In this document: piece after piece, positions 8,147 to 18,488 of the stretch | Position numbering within the stretch: the first letter of the stretch is position 1 | Layout of the letters: every line of letters starts with the position of its first letter | Source of the DNA: Candidatus Woesearchaeota archaeon | GTDB lineage: Archaea; Nanobdellota; Nanobdellia; SCGC-AAA011-G17; GW2011-AR20 | Direction of reading: 5' to 3' | Assembly (NCBI GenBank): GCA_016203115.1 | Contig: JACQNJ010000019.1 | Span: 724 to 64,723, forward strand | DNA length: 64,000 nt | Made by a program: the position numbers and the translations under genes | Notes under the pieces: model-generated | What the model was told of the DNA's origin: nothing | Databases searched by the model: none | What the model saw: the letters and a program-made list of their open reading frames with translations, nothing else

Positions 8147-10048
8147 ATGAAAAAACTAATTTTGTTCTTGGTTTTATTTGTAGCGTTATTAAGTATTAAT
8201 ATATCTGCATTCCCAGAACTGGAAGATGCTAGATGGGCAAAAAACTACGAGAGCTCAGTAACAATAAGAAACGGCGAAACAGCTTCTTTATTTTATACAA
8301 TCTCTTCATCTAATGCTCCAGTATTAGTATCAATATATTTAACAGACAACAGAGACCATCCTTTAAGTCATATACTTACACAAGAAATAACAGAAGAAGA
8401 TTTCAATAAGCAGGGTTATATTTACAGCAATGGAGAGTTAAAGTTGGGTTATACAAGTGGCTTGATAAATATAGAGCCTAACAATTATGATCTAAAAGAG
8501 GGCAATTACAACATACAAATTGAGATAAAAGATGAAAAGAACAATGAGAGAAACAGTATATTAGCTCTAGAGTTGGTTGTAGCAGAATCAACAGGCAACA
8601 AGTTACCAACAGCAGTAATAAGCGTATTCCCTTCTAAGACAGTTGTAATTGGCACACCTGTAACAGTATCAGGATTAGATTCTTATGATGAAGATGGTTC
8701 AGTAGAAGAATACGAATGGCTCCAATTTTCAGGAAATGAGGAATTTTCATTCGATCCAAAAGCACCTGCAATTATAGTTACTCCAACTAAAGAAGGGTAT
8801 TTCTCATTTATATTAAAAGTTATAGATAATGAAGGATTAAAAAGCTCAATAAGTTTAGAAGAAGTCAAAGTAGTAAAAGAAGTTGTTGAAGAGAATGAAG
8901 CACCAATAGCCAATGCAGGCCAGGATCAAAAGGTCGAAGCAAATTCACTAGTAACATTAGATGGTTCATTATCATCCGATCCTGAGGGGGATCAGATAAC
9001 ATACCTATGGAAGCAGGTAAATGGCGAAGGTGTTGTATTATCAGGAATAACAACGCAAAATCCACAGTTCTTAGCATCTGAAGTAGGAGTCTATAATTTT
9101 GAACTAACAGTAGCAGACAGTAGAGGAGCAAGCAGCACAGACCAAGTAACTATTACAGTAGTTAGTGCAAGCAACATTAACCCAGTAGCTCTATTCAATA
9201 TCCCATCAGAAGCAAAAGTAAATGAACCAGTAACATTTGATGCCTCACCTTCATATGACCAAGATGGTTCAATAGTTGAATACAAGTGGGAAACAGATGG
9301 CAACACTCTTTTCGATAAGATAGCAAGCTATGTTTACACAACCACAAAAGAATTCATTGTAAAGCTTACAGTAAAGGACAATAAAGGTGCTGTTTCAACA
9401 TTAGAAAAGACAATTAGCATAAGAGAAGAGATTAATCCTGAAGAGAACAAAGCTCCAATAGCAAACGCAGGAAACGATCAAACAGTAAAAATTAATAATA
9501 TAGTAACATTAGACGGTTCTTTGTCTTATGACCCTGATGGAGACGGGATTTCCTATAGCTGGATTCAAACAGAAGGCCCACTAGTAAATTTATTGGGCTC
9601 AGCAACTAAGAACCCAAGGTTCACAGCAGAAACCATGGGAAGGTACAAATTCTCTTTAACAGTAATTGATGACAAAGGAAAAGAAAGCCTGCCAGATGAG
9701 GTGATTACTCTCGTATTAGAAGATGGTCAAGTTCCCCCTCAAGAAGAAGTTTCAAGAGAAATTCATAAATTTACGATCACATCAGCATTTGCCCAAGAAA
9801 AAGACAATAGGTTAGATGTATATGCAAAGATAAAAAACAGGGGCAACAACAGAGAGAATATAATAATGACAGTAACAGTTTTGCCTACAGGAGAATATTC
9901 ATCAGCTAGAACAGTTGCAGGCATAAAAGAAAACAGTTATGAGGTCGTCTCAGTAAACAAACCTCAAGAATCTGGTGATTATATCATAAAAATAGATGTA
10001 AGCAACAGGAGAGACCGTGATGTTTATTATCTCCCAGTAGAGATTTAA
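8147..10048 (+). CDS. secreted PKD/Ig-like domain protein
   Basis: signal peptide; four PKD repeats (P.ANAG.DQ, LDGS.S.DP.G, Y.W.Q, F.LTV.D..G). Confidence 0.88.
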   Translation: MKKLILFLVLFVALLSINISAFPELEDARWAKNYESSVTIRNGETASLFYTISSSNAPVLVSIYLTDNRDHPLSHILTQEITEEDFNKQGYIYSNGELKLGYTSGLINIEPNNYDLKEGNYNIQIEIKDEKNNERNSILALELVVAESTGNKLPTAVISVFPSKTVVIGTPVTVSGLDSYDEDGSVEEYEWLQFSGNEEFSFDPKAPAIIVTPTKEGYFSFILKVIDNEGLKSSISLEEVKVVKEVVEENEAPIANAGQDQKVEANSLVTLDGSLSSDPEGDQITYLWKQVNGEGVVLSGITTQNPQFLASEVGVYNFELTVADSRGASSTDQVTITVVSASNINPVALFNIPSEAKVNEPVTFDASPSYDQDGSIVEYKWETDGNTLFDKIASYVYTTTKEFIVKLTVKDNKGAVSTLEKTISIREEINPEENKAPIANAGNDQTVKINNIVTLDGSLSYDPDGDGISYSWIQTEGPLVNLLGSATKNPRFTAETMGRYKFSLTVIDDKGKESLPDEVITLVLEDGQVPPQEEVSREIHKFTITSAFAQEKDNRLDVYAKIKNRGNNRENIIMTVTVLPTGEYSSARTVAGIKENSYEVVSVNKPQESGDYIIKIDVSNRRDRDVYYLPVEI

Positions 10049-10058
10049 ATATCACCGA

Positions 10059-10101
10059 AAAGTTTATATAGGCTTTCATGACTACAAAATAATAACAAAA
10101 T
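10059..10101 (+). promoter_or_regulatory. BRE/TATA promoter of the 10130 surface-protein gene
   Basis: AAAGTTTATATA...TTTCA...TAATAACAAAAT, colinear with 11935-11977. Confidence 0.65.
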
Positions 10102-10129
10102 CCACGATTATTAGGGGGTTGGAAATAAA

Positions 10130-11449
10130 ATGAAAAAGTTACTAAACATGATATTGGCGTTTTTTGTAGTTCTAAGTGCATTGCCATTAGTAAATGCGCA
10201 AGCAAGTGAACTATCATTCGCAGAGATAGAAGTTGAAGGAACTTCTGTAGTGTTGAATGACGAAATAATGAGTATTGCTATAGTAAAGGATTTGACAGAA
10301 AGCAGAGAAACATCTTTGCCTATAAGAGTAAGATTAACATCTACAAAAGAGTTCAAAGACTTAAAAGTTTCAGCATGGATTGGTGGATATGAATTTGGAG
10401 TCCCAAGAGCAACTTCAGATCCATTTGATATGACCACTTATAATACACAAGTTGTTAAATCTGTTGTATTAAATGTTCCATTGCCTAAAGATTTAGAATC
10501 ATCTAAAGAGTACAAATTAAATGTTGAAGCCTTCAATAACGAAATAACCATAAAGAAAGAAATAAAGTTGAATATTGAAGGAAAGAGGCATTTCGTAGAC
10601 TTATTTGATGTTGTTGTAAATCCAGGATTAAGAGTTGATGCAGGCACACCATTAATTATAAAGGCAAGGCTTGAGAATCTTGGAGACAGAGTTGAGGACA
10701 ACATAAAGGTCACAGCCAAGGCTAATCTTGTAGATAAAGAAGGAAACAGCTTTACAGTTTCTGACAGCGATTTCATAGATGAGTTAGTTCCAAGATCAGA
10801 AGAAAGGGGCGATGATGAAAGCTCAACATCAACTGATGACTTATTACTGATAATTCCCAAAAGCACAAAGCAAGGAGCCTACAAGTTATTCGTAGATGTA
10901 AACTTCAACAGGGGGACTGAAACAGTCTCAGCTGAATACGACTTGACAATAAATGGGAAGGAATCAGCAATATCAGATGCAGATATTCTAATCTCATCCT
11001 CAGAAGCAAGCAAGAGTACTCCAAAAGGTACACAAGTTGTTTACCCTGTTCAAATTGCAAATTTAGGAAAAGAAGCAAGAACTTTAATATTTGATGTTAC
11101 AGGAGTAAAAGACTGGGCAGCAGCAAGTGTTAGTCCTGCAGCCTTAACAGTTGCACCAGGCTCCACATCTGAACTATTTGTTACAGTAACAGCTACGGAA
11201 GGAGCAACTCAAGGTTCGCACATCTTTGCACTTAAGGTTTTAGAAAACAGTGAAACTGTAAAGGAGCTTAATTTGCAAGGGCAAGTAGTTGGAATAACAC
11301 AAAGCACAACAAGCGAGTTCAGGAAAGGATTAGAAATGGCTTTCCTTGTGCTATTAGGCCTATTAATCATTCTTGGAATTGTAGTTGCAATCAGAAAAGC
11401 TACAATGAAGAGTGAAACTGAAGAGGCTAAAGGGGAAACTTATTACTAA
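10130..11449 (+). CDS. S-layer-like/CARDB Ig-fold surface protein with C-terminal TM anchor
   Basis: signal peptide, N.G...E Ig motifs, C-terminal TM and ETYY tail, strong promoter and terminator. Confidence 0.75.
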   Translation: MKKLLNMILAFFVVLSALPLVNAQASELSFAEIEVEGTSVVLNDEIMSIAIVKDLTESRETSLPIRVRLTSTKEFKDLKVSAWIGGYEFGVPRATSDPFDMTTYNTQVVKSVVLNVPLPKDLESSKEYKLNVEAFNNEITIKKEIKLNIEGKRHFVDLFDVVVNPGLRVDAGTPLIIKARLENLGDRVEDNIKVTAKANLVDKEGNSFTVSDSDFIDELVPRSEERGDDESSTSTDDLLLIIPKSTKQGAYKLFVDVNFNRGTETVSAEYDLTINGKESAISDADILISSSEASKSTPKGTQVVYPVQIANLGKEARTLIFDVTGVKDWAAASVSPAALTVAPGSTSELFVTVTATEGATQGSHIFALKVLENSETVKELNLQGQVVGITQSTTSEFRKGLEMAFLVLLGLLIILGIVVAIRKATMKSETEEAKGETYY

Positions 11450-11500
11450 ATACCGAGAATAGACGGTATTTAATAGAGGTTTATCCTCTTATTTTTTTCT
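11448..11500 (+). terminator. tandem hairpins followed by T-tract
   Basis: AAATACCG/CGGTATTT (11448-11471), then AGAGG-TTTAT-CCTCT followed by ATTTTTTTCT. Confidence 0.65.
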
Positions 11501-11537
11501 TAAAATTTTTAAAGCCTCCGAATGGAAGGATATTAAA

Positions 11538-11777
11538 ATGAAAGAAGAAGAAAAACGAATAGATGTGTTGGAAGTCCTTGCTATGGGAGCAGCTAGTGGT
11601 GTTGATGATCCTAGAAGGGGATTAATAGGACATGCTGAAAGATTGAGTAAAAGGATTCCTGCTTTCAACCCTTCTGAACTTCCTGAATATCAAAAGGTAC
11701 TTGATGCCTTAGTGGAATATAGACAAGCCGTCATTAGAAAACTTGTTGAAATACAAGAAGGCGGCTATACCCTATAA
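11538..11777 (+). CDS. hypothetical small helical protein
   Basis: 79 aa ORF with upstream TTTTTAAA box. Confidence 0.6.
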   Translation: MKEEEKRIDVLEVLAMGAASGVDDPRRGLIGHAERLSKRIPAFNPSELPEYQKVLDALVEYRQAVIRKLVEIQEGGYTL

Positions 11778-11934
11778 GCACTCTTTAGATAGGGAGTGTT
11801 GAAATAAGTGAAGAAATAGCTGTTTACTTATTTAAGTATTTATTACTAAGTTTCTTTATTTTTTTCTTTTTTAATATTCTAAGGGATATAGCTAAAATTA
11901 CATAATAGTGAAACAATATATTTTCTACTACAAT

Positions 11935-11977
11935 AAAGTATATATATGGTTTCAACTTTCGAGAGTAATAACAAAAT
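11935..11977 (+). promoter_or_regulatory. BRE/TATA promoter of the 11993 surface-protein gene
   Basis: AAAGTATATATA...TTTCA...TAATAACAAAAT. Confidence 0.65.
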
Positions 11978-11992
11978 GGAAGGGATTTTGAT

Positions 11993-14443
11993 ATGAACAA
12001 GAGGGGAAAAGAAATAATTATTTTATTAATCTTAATTATCCTTCTAGCGCCTAATCTAAATGCAGAATTTACACCAACAACAGAAGAAACAGCAAAGACA
12101 GTATGCCAAGGCACAACAAGCGTTTTCACAGCATTTGTTGAGGGTTCTGGAAACATTAATATAAATAAAGAAGGAACAGCTAGCTCTTTCACTACCATTG
12201 TCCCATCAGGTTTAGTTCTTAATCTAAATAAAAAACCAGTGTTCCTATATGTCACTCCAAGTTCAAAAGTGCAGCCAGGAGCTTATAATCTTGATCTAAA
12301 GATTAACGACGGCTCATTGGAAAAGATTTTGCCATTAAATGTGAATGTAAAGGATTGCACAACATTTGAAATATCAGGTAAAACAGAAAAAGAAGTATGT
12401 GGTTGTGAATCCCAGCAGTTTGAATTCGAAATAAAAAACACAGGAATATACCAAGAAACATATGCTCTGTCAATAAAAGGAGAGGCTAAAGACTTTGTGG
12501 AGTTAAATAAAAATGAAATAAATCTAAATCCAAATAAATCCACGAAGATTATAGCAACAGTAAAAGCCCCTTGTAATAGCCTCGGAATAAAAGGATTTTC
12601 GTTAAATGTAGAATCAAAAACAAGCAACTCAGTTGCCTCAATAGACAGCAGTATAAAAATCAACAATTGCTTTGACTATAATGCAATAGCAAGTACAGAG
12701 TTAGTTGAGATATGTGAGCACACAAAAGAAGAAATAAAGATCACAATAGAAAACACAGCAGATAAAAGCAATAGTTATAGCCTAAAAATAATAGGACCTG
12801 CATGGGCAAATTTAGAAAAAAAAGAGATTATAGTAAATCCAAAGGATAGTGAGGCAGTAAATCTTGTCTTAACACCAGATTACAAAACTAAAGGAAGTTT
12901 TGATATTGAACTAAGGTTAGAAGATGTAAATGGAAAAATAAGAAAAGATAAGGTAATTAAGGCAAATATAAAAAAATGCCATGATGCTTCGCTCAGCATC
13001 ATAAGCCCAATAGAGACAGTATGTCAGTCAATCCCAAGAGAAGTTCCTGTATTCATAAAAAACACAGGGGAGTTTGATAAAACATTTGGGCTGGACTCAG
13101 ATACTGAATGGGCGTCAGTATCTGAGAAAAGATTAATTATAGATGCGTCTGATGAAAAAGAGACAGCATTAAAGTTATCTCCAAATGAAGAAATCAAGCC
13201 AGGAAAATATCCTGTAACATTAAAGCTCTCCTCCTTAGATGAAAGTAATATAATAAAAGAAGACACAATAGAAGTGGATGTAATCACAGTAAATGATTGT
13301 TATCAGCCATCTATCACGACAGAAAATACAATAGAAGTAGCTACAGACAACACCGCAACATCTGCCTTGACAATAACAAATAACGGAAAAGAAAAAGCAG
13401 ATTACGAGCTTTCTGTGACAGGTACAGCCTCAAGTTTCGTGCAGTTGAATCCAAGCATAATCACAATTGATCCAAAAAAATCAGAAGTTGTTCAATTATA
13501 TATCGCACCTACAACAAGAATAGAAAAAGGAGATTACACAGTTAAACTAACAATAAAAGAAAAAGGCTCTGACATCCTTGAAGAAAAAGATATAACTATT
13601 AGTGTGAAAGAAGAATCTAAAATAAAAAAAGTAGAAATTGAAGATAGTAACAATAAGATAACAGGAAAACTTTCTGGATTGTTTGGACCTAGAGAAGAAT
13701 CAAAGAAATTAAAAGAGTTTAAGCAGGAAACAATAGTGAGAGAATCAACTGAATTCCAGTTAAAAGGAGAAGTCCATAACCTTTCTATTGAAGAAATAAA
13801 GGAAAATTCAGTCACATTAAAAATAAGCTCTGATCCAGTAATAGTAGTTCTATTCCTAAATGACGCCAAAGAAGTGGATATAGACAACAATGGTGTCGCT
13901 GATTTAAGGTTGACCTTAGATTCAATTGAAAATGGAGTCCCAATAATAAAAGTTATAGAGATAAATGCACAGGCAATTGAAGAAGCAAGTGGACCAGGAT
14001 TTTTCTCGAAATACAGAACATGGATTATAGGGGCAATAGTAGTAATAATCTTGATTGTCCTAGCGAGTGTCTTCTTGTCTGAAGATGAAGAGGAAAAGGA
14101 AGTAAAAGAAGGTACTGAAGAAGAAAAAATTAAAGTTGGCAGGTATGTCCTAGCAGTTATTGCTATAGGGGTAATAGCCTGGCTATTAAGTAGATATGGC
14201 TTATTAGCATCTGTAGATTTGTATAAGTATTATATTATAATTGGGTTATTAGTTCTATTAATCCTTGTAGTAATAATAAAGTACTGGGAAGAAATTTCTT
14301 CATTTTTTGAAGAAGAATACGAAGAGGAAAAGAAAGAAGAAGCTCTCCAGGAGAAAAAAGAAAAGGCAATAAAAAAAGAAGAAAAAGATTTAGTAAAGAA
14401 AGAGACTAAAGAAGTGAAAGAAAAGAAAGTAGTCAAAAAGTAA
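11993..14443 (+). CDS. large multi-Ig-domain surface protein with C-terminal TM segments
   Basis: signal peptide; ~5 repeats (C...I.NTG...Y.L...G.Y...L...V.DC); 3 TM helices; E/K-rich tail. Confidence 0.8.
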   Translation: MNKRGKEIIILLILIILLAPNLNAEFTPTTEETAKTVCQGTTSVFTAFVEGSGNININKEGTASSFTTIVPSGLVLNLNKKPVFLYVTPSSKVQPGAYNLDLKINDGSLEKILPLNVNVKDCTTFEISGKTEKEVCGCESQQFEFEIKNTGIYQETYALSIKGEAKDFVELNKNEINLNPNKSTKIIATVKAPCNSLGIKGFSLNVESKTSNSVASIDSSIKINNCFDYNAIASTELVEICEHTKEEIKITIENTADKSNSYSLKIIGPAWANLEKKEIIVNPKDSEAVNLVLTPDYKTKGSFDIELRLEDVNGKIRKDKVIKANIKKCHDASLSIISPIETVCQSIPREVPVFIKNTGEFDKTFGLDSDTEWASVSEKRLIIDASDEKETALKLSPNEEIKPGKYPVTLKLSSLDESNIIKEDTIEVDVITVNDCYQPSITTENTIEVATDNTATSALTITNNGKEKADYELSVTGTASSFVQLNPSIITIDPKKSEVVQLYIAPTTRIEKGDYTVKLTIKEKGSDILEEKDITISVKEESKIKKVEIEDSNNKITGKLSGLFGPREESKKLKEFKQETIVRESTEFQLKGEVHNLSIEEIKENSVTLKISSDPVIVVLFLNDAKEVDIDNNGVADLRLTLDSIENGVPIIKVIEINAQAIEEASGPGFFSKYRTWIIGAIVVIILIVLASVFLSEDEEEKEVKEGTEEEKIKVGRYVLAVIAIGVIAWLLSRYGLLASVDLYKYYIIIGLLVLLILVVIIKYWEEISSFFEEEYEEEKKEEALQEKKEKAIKKEEKDLVKKETKEVKEKKVVKK

Positions 14444-14687
14444 TGAACAGATATAAGGTTAGAAGGGATAGTTATTGGACCTCCAACACTTAAAAAAGAA
14501 AGAGCTAAAAAAGGTTTTTTACATAAAAGACGTTGCTCTTTTAAGTAATAAACAATTAACTAGACAATTTCTATATTTAGTTAGTAAAGAAGTTGAATTG
14601 TTGTGTTATCCTTTAGCTTTAAGATTGCCAGATAGTGTCTCAGACAGCCCAATGTAATCTTACAAATGCCTTTTAAGTTAAACTAGT

Positions 14688-17600
14688 CTAAATTTTCAAG
14701 CTAACAACTTTGCTCACGCCATCATTCATGCTTACTCCATAAATTTGATTGGCTTCTGAGATAATGGCATCATTATGGCTTATTACAATATACTGTGCCT
14801 TCTGAGAGTATTGTGCAAATAGTTTACTTAGCTTAAAAGAATTAGGTTTGTCCAAAGCGGCATCAACTTCATCAAATAAATAAAAGCTGGCAGGATGGTA
14901 TTCTTGGATTGCAAAAATAAACGCCAAAGCAGCCATAGTTTTTTCTCCACCACTTAATCCTTTAATATCTAGATACTTATTTCCTGCAATCTTGACCTTA
15001 ATGTCTAAACCTCCACTAAAAGGATCCTCAGTATCCTCTAATTCCAGGTAAGCATTTCCTTTAAGAGTCAATTGATTGAAAATTCCTCTGAAGTTTTTCT
15101 CAATTTCATTAAAAGTCTTCATGAACAAGCCCTTTTTCTTGCTTTCAATTTCCTGCATCATAGCGACAACATCTTCTTTTTCCTGCTTTAGTTTATTGGA
15201 CTTATCAACTAAAGATCCATATTCCTTTTCGAGAGATTCATAAACTTCCAGAGCCTTAAGGTTAACATTCCCAAACTTAGCTATCTCCTTCTCATTAGAT
15301 TGAATTTCAATCTTTAGTTCATCCAAAGCAACACCTTTTCGTAAGCTAAACCCAGCAAAGGCTTCAAATTCCTTCTGAAGACCTGCAATCTCTGCTGTTA
15401 TCCTGGCCCTATCAACAGAAAAAGCATTAAACCTGCTGTTCAAAGCAATGACTCTCTCTTCGTCACGAACTAGATTATTCTCTTTTTGTTGTAATTGCTC
15501 TTGTATCTTGTTTCTTTTATTAAATAAATTCTTAAATTCAGAATAAAATTTCTGCTCAATAACCTCTTTTTCCTTTAAACGAGAATTCATCTCTTTAATA
15601 GAAACCTGCAGCACTTTCATCTCGCCAGTAAAGTCATCTACTTCCTTGTCATGATCTTTCAATATCTTGCCTATCTTCTCATATTCTGGTATAAGCATAG
15701 TATCCAGCTGGTTTGTCATATTCTTAATATCAGAACTCAAAGAGACAATTTTCTCTCTTAGGAATAATCGTTGAGATTCTAAAGAGTTTGCATCTAAATC
15801 TCTTATTTCTTTTTGTTTTTTCTCTCTTAAAAGTTGAATTTCCTTGTTCAAGCTGAGAACGTCTTGTTGCACATTTTCAATTTCCTTATTCAGTTTGTTT
15901 AGTTGGGTTTTTAATTCCTTTTCATCTTTATGAAGCTTACCAGCATCAATGCCACCTGTAGTCTTCTCTATTTTCATAATTTCTATCTCAAAATTAGTTT
16001 TTTGCTCCCTTAATGTAAAGAGCAAAGCTTCATTCTCAGTTTTATTTTGCTCTAAAGTATTAATAGTATTTTGTAAATGTGAAACTTCCCCTTCAAGTTT
16101 TGCAATTTCCTCGATAACATCTTTCTCCTTGAACCCCAAACCTTCTTTTCTCTTCCTATATCCCCCAATCATAGCACCACTTGTCTCCATTAGGTCTCCC
16201 TCTAAGGTTACCATTCTGGCGCTGCCTATGCCGATACTTCTAGCAGTTTCAACATTATCAACAACTAAAGTATTGCCAAAGACATAGCTAAAGACATTAG
16301 AGAATTTAGACTCAAACTTAACCAAGTCAAGTGCAGAGCCGTGAACACCTTGTCCCTTTTTAATAGAAGAACTGGGAATAGACTTCATTTTATTTAACGG
16401 CAAAAACGCCACAATTCCCATCTTCTTTTCTTTCAAATATTTAATGCACTTACTGGCAACTAAATCGTCTTGCACAACAACAGCATTAATTCTAGATCCG
16501 GCCGCAACTTCTAAAGCCAATGAATATTTCTTGTCAACTTGCCCCAAACCCCCAACAGTATTAAATATTCCATTAATTCCAGATTTGAGAATTTGTCTTA
16601 TGGAAAGATCAGCAGCATTTCCCTCTCTAATTCCAATATTTCTAACTCTAAGGGTAGCAAGTTTCTCATTTTTTTCCACAATTTCTCTTCTTGTTTTTCC
16701 TAACTGGGATGCATACATAGAATCATTGTTCAATTTCTTATTCAGCTCATCCGCAACTTCTTTAAAATCTTTCTTAAGTTCACTAATATCTCCTATCAGA
16801 TTCTCAGAAGATAATTTTTTAGAGATATCATCTAGTAAATAAGAAACTTTGTCTTTCTCCCTCAAAAGAGTTTGTTCTTTATCCTTAAAAGAGTAAAGCA
16901 TTTCCTGCTTCCTTGTGATATGTAAATCCAGATCATCTTCCACTGCTCCTTTAGAGCTTTTTATTTGTAAAGCAACAGTTTTTTCTTCCTTATCATAATT
17001 GTTTTTTTCTAAAGTTAATTTTTTAATATCTTCTTTAATATCATTTATTTTCTTCACCAAATTTTCTCTGTCTAATTTTAACTGTTTTTTCCTGTTATCT
17101 ATCCTGAAAAGCTCATTTTGAAGAGTTTCTAGTCTATTCTTATTCTTTGACAATTCCTCCCTCAGTAGCTCAATTTCTTTATGTAATTCCTTTTGCTCTT
17201 TCTCTCCCTTAAGTTCTATCTCTTCATTAATTGTCTTAATATTTTGCTTAACACTCTCAATTTCAGTTTTCAAAGAGCATATTTTTTCCTCAAATTTAGA
17301 TTTCTGCTCTTCATGCTGTTTGAGATTATTCTCTACATCTTTCAAGTCATCTTTTTTCTTCTTCAATTGCGAGTCAATAAGAGTAGCCTTGCTTCTTTTG
17401 ACATTTTCCTCCAATTCCTTGTACCTGACAGCCTGGTCTCTCTCGCTTTTTAACTCCTTCAAATAAGTATTTCTTTCTGTTAATATAATCTCAATCTCCC
17501 CAATTTTAGCTTGAAATTTTTCAAGCTCTCTCATTGCCTTTTCTTTTTTCTCCTGATAAACAGAAATTCCAGCTATATCCTCAATTATCTCTCTTCTCTC

Positions 17601-18068
17601 TTCACCCCTCATCTCCATAAAGTGTACAATGTCACCCTGCAAGATGATGTTATGTCCATCTGGATCAACACTCGCAGCACTTAAGAAATCAACAACCTGT
17701 TGTCTCGTCATTTTTTTATTATTAATCTTATACAAAGAAATGCCCTTTTGGTTTACAGCTCTTGTAATAGCGATGTCCTTTTCCTTCAAAGGAAAAATTT
17801 CATCAGAATTATCAAAAACAACAGTCGCCTCTGCTTCCTTAAATGGTTTGGAATTTTTGCCACCATTATAAATAAGGTTAGCAGTCTTCTCAGCCCTCAT
17901 AGATTTAGCAGAACTTTTCCCCAAAACAAAAGTAATCAAATCTGCAACATTGCTTTTACCCGCTCCATTTGGCCCTATAATGCAGTTATAATTATTACCA
18001 AAAAGAAGTTCAGTTTTCTTTGCAAACGATTTAAATCCCTTAGCAGAGATGCTTTTAATGACTGTCAT
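14688..18068 (-). CDS. smc: chromosome segregation protein SMC
   Basis: GFKSF, GPNGAGKSN, hinge (ALEVAAG, RMVTLEGD...GAMIGG), LSGGEK, DEVDAALD. Confidence 0.96.
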   Translation of the reverse strand: MTVIKSISAKGFKSFAKKTELLFGNNYNCIIGPNGAGKSNVADLITFVLGKSSAKSMRAEKTANLIYNGGKNSKPFKEAEATVVFDNSDEIFPLKEKDIAITRAVNQKGISLYKINNKKMTRQQVVDFLSAASVDPDGHNIILQGDIVHFMEMRGEERREIIEDIAGISVYQEKKEKAMRELEKFQAKIGEIEIILTERNTYLKELKSERDQAVRYKELEENVKRSKATLIDSQLKKKKDDLKDVENNLKQHEEQKSKFEEKICSLKTEIESVKQNIKTINEEIELKGEKEQKELHKEIELLREELSKNKNRLETLQNELFRIDNRKKQLKLDRENLVKKINDIKEDIKKLTLEKNNYDKEEKTVALQIKSSKGAVEDDLDLHITRKQEMLYSFKDKEQTLLREKDKVSYLLDDISKKLSSENLIGDISELKKDFKEVADELNKKLNNDSMYASQLGKTRREIVEKNEKLATLRVRNIGIREGNAADLSIRQILKSGINGIFNTVGGLGQVDKKYSLALEVAAGSRINAVVVQDDLVASKCIKYLKEKKMGIVAFLPLNKMKSIPSSSIKKGQGVHGSALDLVKFESKFSNVFSYVFGNTLVVDNVETARSIGIGSARMVTLEGDLMETSGAMIGGYRKRKEGLGFKEKDVIEEIAKLEGEVSHLQNTINTLEQNKTENEALLFTLREQKTNFEIEIMKIEKTTGGIDAGKLHKDEKELKTQLNKLNKEIENVQQDVLSLNKEIQLLREKKQKEIRDLDANSLESQRLFLREKIVSLSSDIKNMTNQLDTMLIPEYEKIGKILKDHDKEVDDFTGEMKVLQVSIKEMNSRLKEKEVIEQKFYSEFKNLFNKRNKIQEQLQQKENNLVRDEERVIALNSRFNAFSVDRARITAEIAGLQKEFEAFAGFSLRKGVALDELKIEIQSNEKEIAKFGNVNLKALEVYESLEKEYGSLVDKSNKLKQEKEDVVAMMQEIESKKKGLFMKTFNEIEKNFRGIFNQLTLKGNAYLELEDTEDPFSGGLDIKVKIAGNKYLDIKGLSGGEKTMAALAFIFAIQEYHPASFYLFDEVDAALDKPNSFKLSKLFAQYSQKAQYIVISHNDAIISEANQIYGVSMNDGVSKVVSLKI

Positions 18069-18197
18069 ATTTTAAAAAAGAGGGTTGCTTAGCCTATTTA
18101 AAGTTTTTCCCGTTATACCTCTCCAAATAGCCAAACACCGCCTTAAAACGCTAGATTTATATATTTATGTTCGCTAAAAAGACATTAAGAAGATAAA

Positions 18198-18488
18198 ATG
18201 GTAGACAAGAATGATATTGCAGAGATGGTAAGAAGGATAGTGGAAAAAAGAAAATCAAATAACATGGAAAATGAAAATTTTGAAGAACTGCCTGTAATGA
18301 AAGAAAAGCCAGTAAATATCCAGCAACCAGTAAAGCCAGTCAACAAAAGAGATGAAAAAATTTTCTTTAAGTGCATGGATTGTAACTTTAAGTTTAGAGC
18401 ATTTGAATACAAAGAAAGACCCCGCTGCCCATATTGCTCAAATCTCAATACAGTAAAAGAGCAGTCAATATTTAAAGAACTGATTTAG
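18198..18488 (+). CDS. Zn-ribbon hypothetical protein
   Basis: CMDC...RCPYC. Confidence 0.7.
   Translation: MVDKNDIAEMVRRIVEKRKSNNMENENFEELPVMKEKPVNIQQPVKPVNKRDEKIFFKCMDCNFKFRAFEYKERPRCPYCSNLNTVKEQSIFKELI

Noticed and set aside
5929-14660. Integrated element at tRNA-Trp
   Set aside because: No integrase and no duplicated tRNA 3' end seen; the genes look like native envelope genes
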